DNA of 64,000 nucleotides from an uncultured Rubrobacteraceae bacterium (lineage in GTDB: Bacteria > Actinomycetota > Rubrobacteria > Rubrobacterales > Rubrobacteraceae), in NCBI GenBank assembly GCA_902806065.1, contig CADCVE010000089.1:5295-69294 (forward strand). Direction: 5' to 3'. This document shows, piece after piece, positions 63,961-64,000 of the stretch (the first letter of the stretch is position 1; every line of letters starts with the position of its first letter). Under the pieces are notes generated by a model. It saw only the letters and a list, made by a program, of their open reading frames with translations. It was not told where the DNA came from and did no database searches. Both the position numbers and the translations under genes were made by a program.

Positions 63961-64000
63961 GACTCCCCCTACCGTAGAAGCGATGATCGAGCGTACCTCA

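Overview
High-GC (about 60-68%) actinobacterial-type chromosome segment. The taxon is inferred only. F420/LLM and PPOX-type enzymes, CGNR, holin-X/DUF3618, leaderless-looking starts, plus MutL and DnaD/DnaC-like genes suggest a deep-branching lineage such as Rubrobacter. No rRNA, tRNA or CRISPR array was found. Layout: (1) 1-3160 is a decayed type I restriction locus. hsdR runs off the left edge and only a 41-codon hsdS tail survives. Two type II toxin-antitoxin pairs are nested in it (mazEF-like, and vapBC-like whose vapC has an in-frame stop). (2) 3163-12363 is a hydantoin / reductive-pyrimidine utilisation cluster (NCS1 permease, dihydropyrimidinase, class-III aminotransferase, two M20 carbamoyl-amidohydrolases) flanked by F420-type LLM oxidoreductases. 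(3) 12.4-17.4 kb holds small regulators and acetyltransferases (Eis-like GNAT with an apparent 3' frameshift, PadR, DUF1772, GNAT, DUF4188). (4) 17425-19801 is a 2.4-kb lower-GC, almost ORF-free segment. Its only convincing gene is an RlpA-like lipoprotein. It also holds a duplicated gene 5' end, unusual hairpins and my top candidate, a ~365-nt plus-strand RNA with an RNase P-like helix topology but a non-canonical P4. (5) 19.8-53.8 kb is mostly housekeeping or accessory metabolism (PPOX, CsbD, kinase plus methyltransferase, orphan AAA+ ATPase, PduO-type adenosyltransferase, PAS-GGDEF, LLM, ferredoxin, M20, GntR, RecQ, YqeC, LarC, YbdK-type ligase, EamA, CGNR, hydrolase, MFS, MutL, AccB/AccC, AI-2E, DUF1385, SDR, circularly permuted ATP-grasp). 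(6) 54.4-57.2 kb is a phage-like replication/recombination module (DnaD-like, DnaC/IstB-like, possible Rad52-like protein, truncated ComEC-type MBL). (7) 57.2-63.6 kb is a gene-decay zone bracketed by two copies of a 37-bp repeat. It contains gene remnants and a small catabolic island (SDR, GlcG, tautomerase-cyclase fusion, gluconate-2-dehydrogenase-like subunit 3 plus GMC flavoprotein). All calls come from reading the ORF translations and the DNA by eye. No searches were run.
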